Assembly: GCA_028866655.1 (NCBI GenBank)
Contig: JAGWHQ010000004.1
Location: 7,674-71,673 of the forward strand
DNA: 64,000 nucleotides
From: Nitrososphaerota archaeon
GTDB lineage: Archaea > Thermoproteota > Nitrososphaeria > Nitrososphaerales > Nitrosopumilaceae
Direction of reading: 5' to 3'
Shown: in pieces, positions 9,913-19,854 of the stretch
Position numbering within the stretch: the first letter of the stretch is position 1
Layout of the letters: every line of letters begins with the position of its first letter
Position numbers and translations under genes: made by a program
The notes under the pieces: model-generated
Database searches by the model: none
Seen by the model: the letters and a program-made list of their open reading frames with translations, nothing else
What the model was told of the DNA's origin: nothing

Positions 9913-10826
9913 TGAAAAGCGTAACTGCAAGGGCTCCAAGCTCTACAGCTAATTTGGGTCCTGGTTTTGATGTGTTTGGATTAGCTCTTGATGCATATTA
10001 TGATGAGGTGCAGATAACAAAACAAGGAAAGGGAATAACTATTGAGAGTTTAGATTCTGTTCCTCTTGAGCCAGAAAAAAACTCGGCAGGACTAGTGATC
10101 AAGGAAATGTCAAAAGAATTCAAGATAAAAGATGGGCTTTTAGTTAAAATCAAAAAAGGAGTTCCGGCAGGGTTTGGAATGGGTAGTAGTGCAGCATCTG
10201 CTGCAGCCGCAGCAGTTGCCTTTGATGCATTATTTGATCTCAAACTTGATCAAAATACCCTTGTAAAATTTGCAGGAATTGGAGAAAAAGCTAGTGCTGG
10301 ATCTATTCATTATGATAATGTGAGTGCATCAGTTCTAGGTGGATTTGTAATAGTAAGAACAGATCCGCTTGATGTGATAACAATTGATCCACCAAAGGAT
10401 TTGGTGTTATGTGTAGCAATACCAAAAATCAATGTTCCCAAAAAAAAGACAGAAGTATCCAGAGGAGTTCTTCCTCAACAAGTAAAATTATCAGATTATG
10501 TAAAAAATCTTGCCAATGCTTCTGCAATAACTACAGGATTTATCAACAAAGATGTGGAATTGATAGGTCATTCAATCAAGGACATAATTGTAGAGCCTGC
10601 TAGAAAACATTTGATTCCAGGTTTTGACAGAGTTAAAACAAATGCACTAAAAGCTGGCGCGTTAGGTGTAACAATAAGCGGTGCTGGTCCATCAGTAATT
10701 TCATTTACATCAAAATTTGCAGATCATAAGAAGATCTGTAAATCAATGGAGAAAGGGTTTGCGTCAGCAGATACAAAATGTACCACGGTAATTTGCAGGC
10801 CAAGCAAAGGCGCTTTTGTGTCATAG
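9912..10826 (+). CDS. thrB: Homoserine kinase
   Basis: SSTANLGPGFD, GMGSSAASA, HYDNV, SGAGPS. Confidence 0.95.
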   Translation: MKSVTARAPSSTANLGPGFDVFGLALDAYYDEVQITKQGKGITIESLDSVPLEPEKNSAGLVIKEMSKEFKIKDGLLVKIKKGVPAGFGMGSSAASAAAAAVAFDALFDLKLDQNTLVKFAGIGEKASAGSIHYDNVSASVLGGFVIVRTDPLDVITIDPPKDLVLCVAIPKINVPKKKTEVSRGVLPQQVKLSDYVKNLANASAITTGFINKDVELIGHSIKDIIVEPARKHLIPGFDRVKTNALKAGALGVTISGAGPSVISFTSKFADHKKICKSMEKGFASADTKCTTVICRPSKGAFVS

Positions 10827-11579
10827 CTATTTCTTTTCAATAAATTTACGCATTCTTTCTTCTCTATCCTTGGTTGAAAAACATACTGCCCATGAATAGA
10901 TCTCAAGTTTTAATCCAGTATCAAGATTTGTATCAGTGCCTCTGTTTACAAGCATTTTAGAAATTCCTATTGCAAAATTACTGTTTTTAGATATAGCTTT
11001 TGCATATGCCCTAGTTTCAGGAATCAAACTTTCAGAAGGAAATATTTTATTTATCAAACCCATTGAAAATGCTTCGTCTGCAGTAATTTTTCTACCAGAA
11101 AATATGAGGTCCTTGGCTCTGGCAGGACCAATAATTCGCAATAGTCTTTGTGTACCTCCCCAGCCTGGACAAATTCCTAATGTAACTTCTGGTTGACCAA
11201 GTTGTGCATTAGGTGATGCAAATCTGATATCACATGAGAGTGCAAGTTCACATCCTCCCCCCAGAGCATATCCATTTACTGCTGCAATGACTGGTTTTTC
11301 TAATTTTTCAATCCTGTTCAAAACTTCATGCCCACAAAGTGCATATTTTTCAGCCTCTGCAGGTCCAATGTTACTCATATATTCAATATCTGCACCAGCT
11401 GAGAAAGCTTTTGGGCCATCACCAGTGATAATAATGACTTTTGAAGAATCTTTTTCCAAGTTATCAAGAAGAGAGATAAATTCATTCATGACATCCAAAT
11501 TCATTGCATTTAGTTTGTCTTGCCTGTTGATTGTGATTTGAACAACTTCATCTTCGCGTTCAACTTGCAGATATGTCAT
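10827..11579 (-). CDS. Enoyl-CoA hydratase/crotonase (3-hydroxypropionyl-CoA dehydratase/crotonyl-CoA hydratase-like)
   Basis: FSAGADI, ALGGGCEL, GQPEVTLG, PGWGGTQRL. Confidence 0.9.
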   Translation of the reverse strand: MTYLQVEREDEVVQITINRQDKLNAMNLDVMNEFISLLDNLEKDSSKVIIITGDGPKAFSAGADIEYMSNIGPAEAEKYALCGHEVLNRIEKLEKPVIAAVNGYALGGGCELALSCDIRFASPNAQLGQPEVTLGICPGWGGTQRLLRIIGPARAKDLIFSGRKITADEAFSMGLINKIFPSESLIPETRAYAKAISKNSNFAIGISKMLVNRGTDTNLDTGLKLEIYSWAVCFSTKDREERMRKFIEKK

Positions 11580-11670
11580 ATATGAAAAATATTTTAGCAG
11601 AAATTAAACTTTAGAGATATGTTTCAGATAGAAACCGAGTTATAATACCATTCTCACAGTCAAATCATCT

Positions 11671-12498
11671 TTGAATCCATTTGGATTGGCATCATCTATT
11701 GGCTCTGCTGTTTGTTGGGGTACTTTTTTTGTTCCAGTCAAAAAGGTTAAGGTTGCAAATATTTGGCAACTTCAGGGGTCTACAGGAATTGGAGTTCTTC
11801 TTTTTGCAATACCAATTGGTTTTTTCTGGGGATTTGGAATTTTACCTAGTGGTCTTCTCAGCGGAGTAATTTGGGCTGTAGGAAACATTCTGGCGCTTTA
11901 TTCAGTTAAGATCATAGGACTTTCAAGAACCTCTCCGTTTCTTGCAGGTTTTAGTATTCTAGTTTCATTCCTATGGGGAATTTTGTTCTTTGGAGAAAAA
12001 TTTAGCTATATGATACTAGCAATTGGAGCAATCGGATTATTGTTAGCTGGTTTACCAATTATTGCAAGCGCTACAAAGACCTCAACTATTCAGCGAAAAG
12101 GATACTTGATTGCTGCAGCATCAGGCATTATTGGAGGATCTTATGTCATACCAATGCAGGCAACACATACACTGCAATCTGGATTCTTTTCATCTAGCTT
12201 GGCAATTTTTGCAATAGGAATACCGTTATTGTTGTTATCACGAAAATGGAGCAAAAAAGAGATCACTGCCGGAATAATTTCAGGAAGTTTATTCAATACA
12301 GGCAGTTTGTTTGTGCTGATGGCTATAGCATCAATAGGAATTACAGTAGCATATCCTATTTCCCAGACAGCTACGCTTTTTGCTGTATCTTGGGGAGTTT
12401 TGTATTTTAAGGAAATATCTAACAGACGCAATATACTCAGAGTCATTACTGGATCTGTCATGATTTTATCTGGAGCAGTATTGCTCTCTATTGCCTAG
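11671..12498 (+). CDS. DMT superfamily transporter, GRP/GlcU sugar-uptake-like
   Basis: About 10 TM helices in two repeats; CWGTFFVPVK, IGITVAYPISQ...VSWGVLYFKE. Confidence 0.75.
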   Translation: MNPFGLASSIGSAVCWGTFFVPVKKVKVANIWQLQGSTGIGVLLFAIPIGFFWGFGILPSGLLSGVIWAVGNILALYSVKIIGLSRTSPFLAGFSILVSFLWGILFFGEKFSYMILAIGAIGLLLAGLPIIASATKTSTIQRKGYLIAAASGIIGGSYVIPMQATHTLQSGFFSSSLAIFAIGIPLLLLSRKWSKKEITAGIISGSLFNTGSLFVLMAIASIGITVAYPISQTATLFAVSWGVLYFKEISNRRNILRVITGSVMILSGAVLLSIA

Positions 12499-12536
12499 TC
12501 AAGCATTTTATTTGGTATGATTGAATTGTTTTCAAA

Positions 12537-13211
12537 TTGAAAGCTGTTATAGTATTTAGCGGGGGTTTGGATTCAGTGTGTACTGCAGCCTATCTACAAA
12601 AACAATATGATCTGTATGGAATAACTTTTTCTTATGGCCAAAAAGCAAGTAGAGAAGTAAAAATTGCACGACAGTTTTCAAAATTGTTAAAATTTAGAGA
12701 ACATAAGGTAGTAGATATTGAATTCATGAAAGATCTATATGAAAATACAAATGCTCTAACTAATTCTAAAATGACAATTCCTTCAAAATTTGATTATTCC
12801 ATAGTTGCTCCAATAAGAAATGCCATTTTTCTTAGCATAGCTTCAGCATGGGCATTTTCCAAAAAAGCTGAAGTTGTTGCCTATGGTGCTCATATTGGAG
12901 ACACTAGATATCCAGACTGCAGACCAACGTTTACAAAATTGCTTGCAAGGGCTTTGAATGAAGGAGAAGTTGATGGAATAAATCTAGGTCTTAGAAAGAA
13001 GATAAAAATTTGGAGTCCATTTATGGACAACCTTTCAAAGAGTGATCTTCTAGAGAAGGGATACAAAGAGTTAGGTAAACAGATTTTCAAAAGTTGGAGT
13101 TGTTATAGAAATGACAAGATTCATTGTGGGAAATGTGAATCATGCAATAACAGAAAATTGGCTTTTGTTAAATCTAAAATTTTAGACAAAACTAGATATC
13201 TAGATTTTTGA
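12537..13211 (+). CDS. queC: 7-cyano-7-deazaguanine (preQ0) synthase
   Basis: SGGLDS, RNAIFLS, YPDCRP, WSCY...HCGKCESC. Confidence 0.95.
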   Translation: MKAVIVFSGGLDSVCTAAYLQKQYDLYGITFSYGQKASREVKIARQFSKLLKFREHKVVDIEFMKDLYENTNALTNSKMTIPSKFDYSIVAPIRNAIFLSIASAWAFSKKAEVVAYGAHIGDTRYPDCRPTFTKLLARALNEGEVDGINLGLRKKIKIWSPFMDNLSKSDLLEKGYKELGKQIFKSWSCYRNDKIHCGKCESCNNRKLAFVKSKILDKTRYLDF

Positions 13212-13454
13212 TAAAATCGGTCTTCTTAGTATTAATGGTCTTACAATTAGATAATAGGCTAGAAACACTACACCAATAATTCCCCAAAACGCCCACACTG
13301 TCATTGAAGAATCAAAACCCATTTTGGTAAAGAAACCCATTGAATTAAGAGAGATTCCCAATCCAGCACCCAATACAACAAAGAATTCTATGGCATACCA
13401 CATAAAAGATGGCCATGATTCTTTTGGAACGTGTATGTTATTGTGTGTGCCCAC
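13200..13454 (-). CDS. Small two-TM membrane protein
   Basis: 84 aa, two hydrophobic helices, co-oriented downstream of folE. Confidence 0.6.
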   Translation of the reverse strand: MGTHNNIHVPKESWPSFMWYAIEFFVVLGAGLGISLNSMGFFTKMGFDSSMTVWAFWGIIGVVFLAYYLIVRPLILRRPILSKI

Positions 13455-13493
13455 AGTAGTTCTGCATTATCTGTTATTATTTAATTTTTTAGA

Positions 13494-14057
13494 TTAACTA
13501 ATGCTTGGTTTAGATTTTCCATTATATATCAGATTTAGAACGTCTGATCTTAATTCTTTTTTATCGTAAATTCCTCTTGATGCTATTGTTGTTACTATAG
13601 CGTCATTTCGTACTCCTCGCATTTTCATACAGAGATGTTCACCTTCTGCAATTACAACTACGCCCTTGACTCCTTCTGAGTATAGTTCATCAGCTATATT
13701 TTTTGTAATTCGCTCCTGTATTTGTAATCGAGCAGAATATTTTTCTACAAGTCTAACCAACTTTGATATTCCAAATACTTTACCATCTGGTGCATATGCT
13801 ACACTTACTTTTCCGTAGAATGGTAACATATGATGCTCACACATGGAATAAAATTGGATATCTTTTGCAATTACGATATCAGAATCCTCAGAAAACTTTA
13901 CTGATAGTTCTGATTCTCCTTCATATCCCTTGAAGATCTCTTCGTACATATCCGCTATTCTACTTGGAGTATCAACTAGACCTTCCCTTGTTGGATCTTC
14001 GCCTATCTCTGCGATTATTTCTCGAATTAATTTTTTGACTCTTTCTTTATTCATCAA
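13494..14057 (-). CDS. folE: GTP cyclohydrolase I (type IA)
   Basis: GEDPTREGLVDTP, CEHHMLPF, QIQER, HLCMKMRG. Confidence 0.95.
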   Translation of the reverse strand: MMNKERVKKLIREIIAEIGEDPTREGLVDTPSRIADMYEEIFKGYEGESELSVKFSEDSDIVIAKDIQFYSMCEHHMLPFYGKVSVAYAPDGKVFGISKLVRLVEKYSARLQIQERITKNIADELYSEGVKGVVVIAEGEHLCMKMRGVRNDAIVTTIASRGIYDKKELRSDVLNLIYNGKSKPSIS

Positions 14058-14767
14058 GGTGCACCTATGAACTTGTGAAGCTGTGGTACTATTCTAACTT
14101 GATCATTGTAGGCATAAACTAAATCGTAAAAGCTAAATAGCTGTTCCAAACTAGGTTCGGAAATACCATACGTAGGCTGTATTATAAATCCTGCAAGTTC
14201 TGTTTTTGACATTATTTCAAATATCTGCTTAAGAAGCTTCTTGAAGGGACCTAATTGAGTCTTTGAACTTATTACCACTTTTACATAGGTTGTTTTCTTT
14301 GATTTTTTGGCAAGCCTTAGGCATTCAAGTTCATTTTCTAAAAGTTTAGAATAATGTTTTGAATCAACAAAACCAGAGTCTGGAGTTTTAAATTCAATTT
14401 TTATAAAATCAATATAAGGAAGAACTTCTGCAAACTTGGATGAATCATAACAAGATGATTCTAGATAAGTAGGAATTTTTTTGCTTTGTACAAAGTTCGC
14501 CAATTCTGCAACAGCCTTTGACTGAGCAAGTGGATCTCCGCCAGTAAAATTAACCTTGTACGTATTTTTCTTGAGATTTTTTTTGATTAATTCTTTTGCT
14601 TTGCTAATGGAATATTCTTTCCCAGAGTTCATTGGAAGCGCACCCTTGGTATCACAATAAAAACACTTGAAAGGACATCCTGACAGTCTCACAAAAAGAG
14701 TCTTTGTACCATACAAGATTCCCTCTCCTTCAACAGATGTAAATATCTCATAAAGTCTTACGTTCAA
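14054..14767 (-). CDS. queE: 7-carboxy-7-deazaguanine synthase (radical SAM)
   Basis: SVEGEG, FVRLSGCPFKCFYCDT, FTGGDP, C-terminal PQLHK. Confidence 0.92.
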   Translation of the reverse strand: MNVRLYEIFTSVEGEGILYGTKTLFVRLSGCPFKCFYCDTKGALPMNSGKEYSISKAKELIKKNLKKNTYKVNFTGGDPLAQSKAVAELANFVQSKKIPTYLESSCYDSSKFAEVLPYIDFIKIEFKTPDSGFVDSKHYSKLLENELECLRLAKKSKKTTYVKVVISSKTQLGPFKKLLKQIFEIMSKTELAGFIIQPTYGISEPSLEQLFSFYDLVYAYNDQVRIVPQLHKFIGAP

Positions 14768-14860
14768 GTATTCGATCTGTGCTTGTTCATTATTTAATTG
14801 GATCTTCTTATGAATGATTTTTTGCCAAAGTGAATATAATAGTAAATATAATAATTAGCA

Positions 14861-17224
14861 GTGGAAAAATTAATTTTCTTATTTTTACTTGTGGTCCTAC
14901 CATTTGTGGTTTATCAAGATGCTAATGCTTTAACGATAAGTGCTATTCCTGTAAAACAAGAATTTGGAGCAAATGAGTGGATAAAGGTCAATGTTACGAT
15001 TCAAGGGTATAACGGTGGTCAGGTAAATTGGATTGCCCACAAACCTGATAATTCAACAATATCAGGTGTACTAGACCAACAGCAGATAAAATCAGGAAAA
15101 ATAATACATCAAATTATACGAAGTGCAGATGATAATGAATTTGGTCAATGGTCAATTAACTATGGATATGGAGGTAGCAATCAGACAGCCCACGTTAATG
15201 TCAAGCCTCTTGATTTAACCGTAATAACAGACAAGATAACATACTATGAACCGGACACAATGAACATCAACATTACTTCATCTTACTATAGTCCATATTC
15301 CAAATTTGCACATTCTTATTTTCTGGATTTTTATGATCAGGACGGAAATAAGGCAATTGGAGTAACAGAAATTGAAGTAAAAGCAGATCAACCAAGTGTA
15401 ACATATCATTTACCAATGTTACAATTTGCTAAATACAATGCTCCAGGATTATATAATTTAAAAATTCAGTATTTTAATTCTATCAAATATGTACCATTTC
15501 TTTTAGGCGACATAAACAAGCTAATGGAGATATCAGTAAATTATTCACCCACTGATTATGTAGGAAACGATGTGGCACTTGACTTGATATTTAGCAAATT
15601 AACAGCATCAAGCGGCACTATAAAAATAACAGATCCTTTAGGAAATACCACTAGCAACCAATTTTATCCACAATCTGTACTGTATACTTTGACACTCAAG
15701 AATTTACCCAAAATAATTGGTACTTACAATTTTGAAATTGATTATGCTGGCATAACAAAGACGGGTTCCTTTAAAATAGTTCAAAATTCTCTAGAGCTAC
15801 CTAACATTAAGTTAGATATATTTCCAAATAAACTAAATTATAGACCAGGCGAAATTGCGAACTTTGAAATTCAGATATCAAATGTTACTACAAATTCAAT
15901 AAGTACATGGGTTACAAGTCCAAACGGTAACACAAGTCCAGCTATAACACTGCCAATGAATACAACTGAAATTATCATACCTCACAAGATTGCTCAAAAT
16001 GACAGCAAGGGGTTATGGGAATTGTATGTGAATTATGATGGAATTATAAAAAGTTCATCTTTTTACGTAGATGGTTCACCAGTTGATAGTGGAAGTGCTC
16101 TAGATGCAGTTCAATACAGCATTCCTACTCTTGTTTCAACAATTAATTCAACAACATTTGCGTCTCCAACTGGCATTGCCATTGATCATGACAATAATAC
16201 CTACATTGTAGATTCTGGAAATTCGAAAATAAAAAAATTCGATGATAAAAACAGATTGCTCCTTTCATGGGGTGATATGGGTTCCTCAAATGGACAATTC
16301 AAGAATCCATCAGGCATATTTGTAAATGAAAATTATGTGTATGTAGCAGATAGTGGAAATTCAAGAATAATCATGTTCAACAAGACTGGAAGTTTTGTTT
16401 ATTCTTGGGGTACATATGGAAATAATCCGGGCATGTTCCAAATACCAACTGCCATAAATTCAGATCATAGTGGTGATCTTGTTGTAGGTGATATGGAATT
16501 AGGATCCATTCAACTGTTTGACACCAAAGGCACCTATGAGGATAAAATAGACTCATCATCTGCAGATGGGGCAAGTTTCTCAGGCATCAAAGCATTAGCA
16601 TTTGATTCAAAAGATAATTTGTATGCCATTTCAACAGATAGTAAAATATTAAAATATTCTAGAATTGGAACATTTCTAAATTGGTATGGTTCTATAGGAG
16701 ATGCAGATGGTAGATTTAACAATCCATCTGCAATAGCTATTGATTCTAAAGATAATATCTATGTGGCAGATACAGGCAATCACAGGATCCAAAAATTGGA
16801 CTCTCATGGAAACTTTCTTTGGAGTTGGAATATGGAAGAGAATGGTCAGGGGGGATTTGAACAGCCAGTTGGTCTTGCAATTGATGCAGCAGATAACATC
16901 TATGTTGTAGATAAAAAAGAAAACAGCATACAGAAATTTGCACTTTATGGTGGAACAAACAACAATGTTTTACCTAGTTGGATAAAAAATACAGCTATTT
17001 GGTGGGCTGAGGGAGTTTTAGATAAAAAAGACTTTTCCCAGTCAGTCAGATATGTAGTAAACCAAGGAATAATCAAGACACCATCAATGAGTCAATCAGA
17101 CATTGTAAAGATTCCAAATTGGTTAAAGGGAAATGTGAAACAATGGTATTCAGGTCAGATTGATGATAACACTTTCTGGGCTTCCATCCAACATCTCCTA
17201 TCTATTGGAGCTATGAAGATTTAG
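14861..17224 (+). CDS. Exported NHL-repeat beta-propeller protein with Ig-like N-terminal domains
   Basis: Signal peptide; repeated F..P.GIAID...YV.D.GN.RI; C-terminal LPSWIKNTAIWWAEG thaumarchaeal surface-protein domain. Confidence 0.85.
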   Translation: MEKLIFLFLLVVLPFVVYQDANALTISAIPVKQEFGANEWIKVNVTIQGYNGGQVNWIAHKPDNSTISGVLDQQQIKSGKIIHQIIRSADDNEFGQWSINYGYGGSNQTAHVNVKPLDLTVITDKITYYEPDTMNINITSSYYSPYSKFAHSYFLDFYDQDGNKAIGVTEIEVKADQPSVTYHLPMLQFAKYNAPGLYNLKIQYFNSIKYVPFLLGDINKLMEISVNYSPTDYVGNDVALDLIFSKLTASSGTIKITDPLGNTTSNQFYPQSVLYTLTLKNLPKIIGTYNFEIDYAGITKTGSFKIVQNSLELPNIKLDIFPNKLNYRPGEIANFEIQISNVTTNSISTWVTSPNGNTSPAITLPMNTTEIIIPHKIAQNDSKGLWELYVNYDGIIKSSSFYVDGSPVDSGSALDAVQYSIPTLVSTINSTTFASPTGIAIDHDNNTYIVDSGNSKIKKFDDKNRLLLSWGDMGSSNGQFKNPSGIFVNENYVYVADSGNSRIIMFNKTGSFVYSWGTYGNNPGMFQIPTAINSDHSGDLVVGDMELGSIQLFDTKGTYEDKIDSSSADGASFSGIKALAFDSKDNLYAISTDSKILKYSRIGTFLNWYGSIGDADGRFNNPSAIAIDSKDNIYVADTGNHRIQKLDSHGNFLWSWNMEENGQGGFEQPVGLAIDAADNIYVVDKKENSIQKFALYGGTNNNVLPSWIKNTAIWWAEGVLDKKDFSQSVRYVVNQGIIKTPSMSQSDIVKIPNWLKGNVKQWYSGQIDDNTFWASIQHLLSIGAMKI

Positions 17225-17417
17225 GATGTAATTGAGGTTCTGGTCTTGAGAAGAATCCAGCTATGAAAATTATCACTCCCAGAATTCCGATAAGACTTCC
17301 TATAAATTCTACAGTATCCTTTAGATCTGCTTGTAATGATGCTAAAATGAAAGCAAGTATAATGCCAACTATTATCATTGGAATTCCCACGCCTACCGAA
17401 ATTTGCTTTGAAGCCAT
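17211..17417 (-). CDS. Small two-TM membrane protein
   Basis: 68 aa, two hydrophobic helices. Confidence 0.6.
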   Translation of the reverse strand: MASKQISVGVGIPMIIVGIILAFILASLQADLKDTVEFIGSLIGILGVIIFIAGFFSRPEPQLHPKSS

Positions 17418-17694
17418 CGCTCTTGGGTCTGGTAAAAATCTATATGAATTTTATGTAAAATCTATGCACGAGTGAGAATAGTGATTTTCTATTGTTCCCA
17501 GTCATGAACTTGGACAAATATGAAAAATCACTTTTAAATCAATATTTCACAATGTATTTTAGATTTATGAGATGTTTTTCGGATTTTTGCTTAATGTAGA
17601 ACTAGTAAATCTTTGAACATATCTATTACTCAAAAGCTATGCCAATCATGATTTTAGATGTATTACTAGTTCCTATTTGTCAAATCTATTAATT

Positions 17695-18306
17695 TCACTT
17701 GAGATCTTTTGCTTTATCAGAGGCCCGTTGTTTTGCCACTTCTGCAAGTGAATCATGAGCATTATTTAGAAACTGGTTTACAGATATAATCAATTGGGAT
17801 GTTTCATTAATTTTGCCAGTATCAAGATCCTGTTTTGCTTGCTTGATTAATTGATCAGATTGTGTAAAGTTAAAATCGATATGATTAGTTATTGCTATAG
17901 ATTGAAGTGTTTGATCAAACTTTTCTAATCTTGTGATTTCACTTTGTAATTGTATTACATCTACATGTTGTTGGTCATTTGTTTCTGTTTCATTAAGAGA
18001 ATTTATCTTATCATTTGTGATCTTGAAGAAATTCATTGCAGCAAGGAAATGTTGTTTGGCTGATGCAATGTCTTGTGCATTTACTGCCTTGGTTAAGGCA
18101 TTTGTTTCATTAGAGCCTTGATCATACAGAGAAACAATGTCGTTAGGAACATTAGGTATTTGAGATATGCTGATATTGAGATTGTTTTGTGCCTGTGTAG
18201 CAATACTCACTAGTGTATCAAGTTGAGGATCTGCATATGATTGGATTGGACCATTCAAAATTAATGTCACAACTAGTGCTGCGATGAAAATTGTCAAACT
18301 TTTCAT
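17695..18306 (-). CDS. Exported helical-bundle hypothetical protein (possibly 3'-truncated)
   Basis: Signal peptide; Q/N/A-rich amphipathic helices; start overlaps upstream stop (ATGA). Confidence 0.65.
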   Translation of the reverse strand: MKSLTIFIAALVVTLILNGPIQSYADPQLDTLVSIATQAQNNLNISISQIPNVPNDIVSLYDQGSNETNALTKAVNAQDIASAKQHFLAAMNFFKITNDKINSLNETETNDQQHVDVIQLQSEITRLEKFDQTLQSIAITNHIDFNFTQSDQLIKQAKQDLDTGKINETSQLIISVNQFLNNAHDSLAEVAKQRASDKAKDLK

Positions 18307-19529
18307 CTTTGATCCTCCATTTTACGAAGTTTAATGAGATTTTGTTGATCAACTTTTTCTATTTCAACAACATCTTCTCTTTCTAATCGTTTAACAGCAC
18401 GCCACATTGTTGTTCGTGGCATCAAGAATTTTTTACGTAATTCACTTTCGTATACTTGACCCCCTTTTTCAGAAATGAATGCTATGATTTCCTTGTCATC
18501 TTGTCGTAAATCTGGTTTGAGTTTGTAGATTGCCTCCTTTGTTGATGGAATATAATTACTATTTTGTGAAATTTCACTGGATGTTGTTATCTTCGTTGAT
18601 CTTGTCTTTCTCATCATTATGATCCCAGCTGCCGCTCCTGCTGCAATGATACCTCCAATCAAAAGGTAAATTATCAAATTATTAGATGAATTAGCCGATG
18701 TATAGTTATCTGATGAATTAGTAGACGGTTTTGAAATGTCAGTTTGTTGTTCTTGTAGAGCAAGATTCTTTGCTGAATTAGCAAGAGATTCTGCATCAGA
18801 ATACTTGCCTTGGTTAAAATCAAATTGAGCTTCTTGAAGTTTTGCCAAAGCCATTGGAGTTTTCACACCTGTAGAATTCAAAGTATTAATAAAATCTTGA
18901 GCTTTTTGGATTGCCAAAGTAGCAGTCTGGCTTGTACCCAGTACACCAAAAACATAATCGATATCTGATGAACCACTTGGCAATGATATGAGTGATTGAT
19001 CATCAACTATTTGCATGTTTAAAGGAGATGAGCTCATTCCAACAATTACTGTATTTTTTGGTAACATTATAGAATAATCAGTAGAGGAATCTACATGAAA
19101 AGTCCATGTTCTTCCATTCTTTGATATCAAATCAGGAGTATCATAGTCTACCTTTATCGCAGAAGCTCCTAGAGTTGCTATTGTTATAGTATTTGCGTTC
19201 ATCTTACTTGAAAGCAGTGTTCCATTTTCATCCTGTACAATAAGATTTTCAATATTGCTACCATATACATTCAGACTGAAATTCTGTGATTGAGAGTCTA
19301 CGTCAGTTTGATAGAAAACATGAGTTGTTCCATCTTCATAAACTGTAAAATCAAGAATTTTTGGACTAGCTATTGCATATTGTACAAATGAAGAAAGAGT
19401 AAGCAAAACAAAGCATGCCGCTACAACTGGAGCCCTTACCATTGTTGTGAGAATATGATTGATCCTTACAAAAAGCATTCTTTCTGGTGATACTTTTTGT
19501 ATCTCGATCATTTGATATTCTTGATACAT
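18303..19529 (-). CDS. Membrane-anchored transcriptional regulator (extracellular domain + TM + C-terminal wHTH; COG2512-like)
   Basis: Signal-like segment from alternative ATG 19442, TM LIIYLLIGGIIAAGAAAGIIMM, wHTH GQVYESELRKKFLMPRTTMWRAVKRLEREDVVEIEK. Confidence 0.8.
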   Translation of the reverse strand: MYQEYQMIEIQKVSPERMLFVRINHILTTMVRAPVVAACFVLLTLSSFVQYAIASPKILDFTVYEDGTTHVFYQTDVDSQSQNFSLNVYGSNIENLIVQDENGTLLSSKMNANTITIATLGASAIKVDYDTPDLISKNGRTWTFHVDSSTDYSIMLPKNTVIVGMSSSPLNMQIVDDQSLISLPSGSSDIDYVFGVLGTSQTATLAIQKAQDFINTLNSTGVKTPMALAKLQEAQFDFNQGKYSDAESLANSAKNLALQEQQTDISKPSTNSSDNYTSANSSNNLIIYLLIGGIIAAGAAAGIIMMRKTRSTKITTSSEISQNSNYIPSTKEAIYKLKPDLRQDDKEIIAFISEKGGQVYESELRKKFLMPRTTMWRAVKRLEREDVVEIEKVDQQNLIKLRKMEDQR

Positions 19530-19532
19530 TTC

Positions 19533-19820
19533 TTAATACCTGAGATTAAGGCCCTGCATTACACCTTGGAATCTTTGAAATTCCTGGAAGAACCGGATTC
19601 CCTTATCTGTGACCCTAAAAAGCCTGTTTCTATCAGATTTTATTGATTCTATCAATCCTGCATCTATCAATTTCTGACATTTCTCAAGCACCGCGTAATG
19701 CGATAGGTTTGCTCTTCTGGATATAGCAGAGACAATCACTCCCTGGATTCCTCCATCCATGGTAACGCCAAGGATATCGGCTATGATGCCCATTTCGGAC
19801 CTGTATTGTTGTTTTGACAT
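19533..19820 (-). CDS. Small winged-helix transcriptional regulator
   Basis: YRSEMGIIADIL...ISRRANLSHYAVLEKCQKLIDAGLI...FRVTDKG. Confidence 0.85.
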   Translation of the reverse strand: MSKQQYRSEMGIIADILGVTMDGGIQGVIVSAISRRANLSHYAVLEKCQKLIDAGLIESIKSDRNRLFRVTDKGIRFFQEFQRFQGVMQGLNLRY

Positions 19821-19854
19821 GAGATGTTATAGTATTGATGTGTTATCAGGGACA

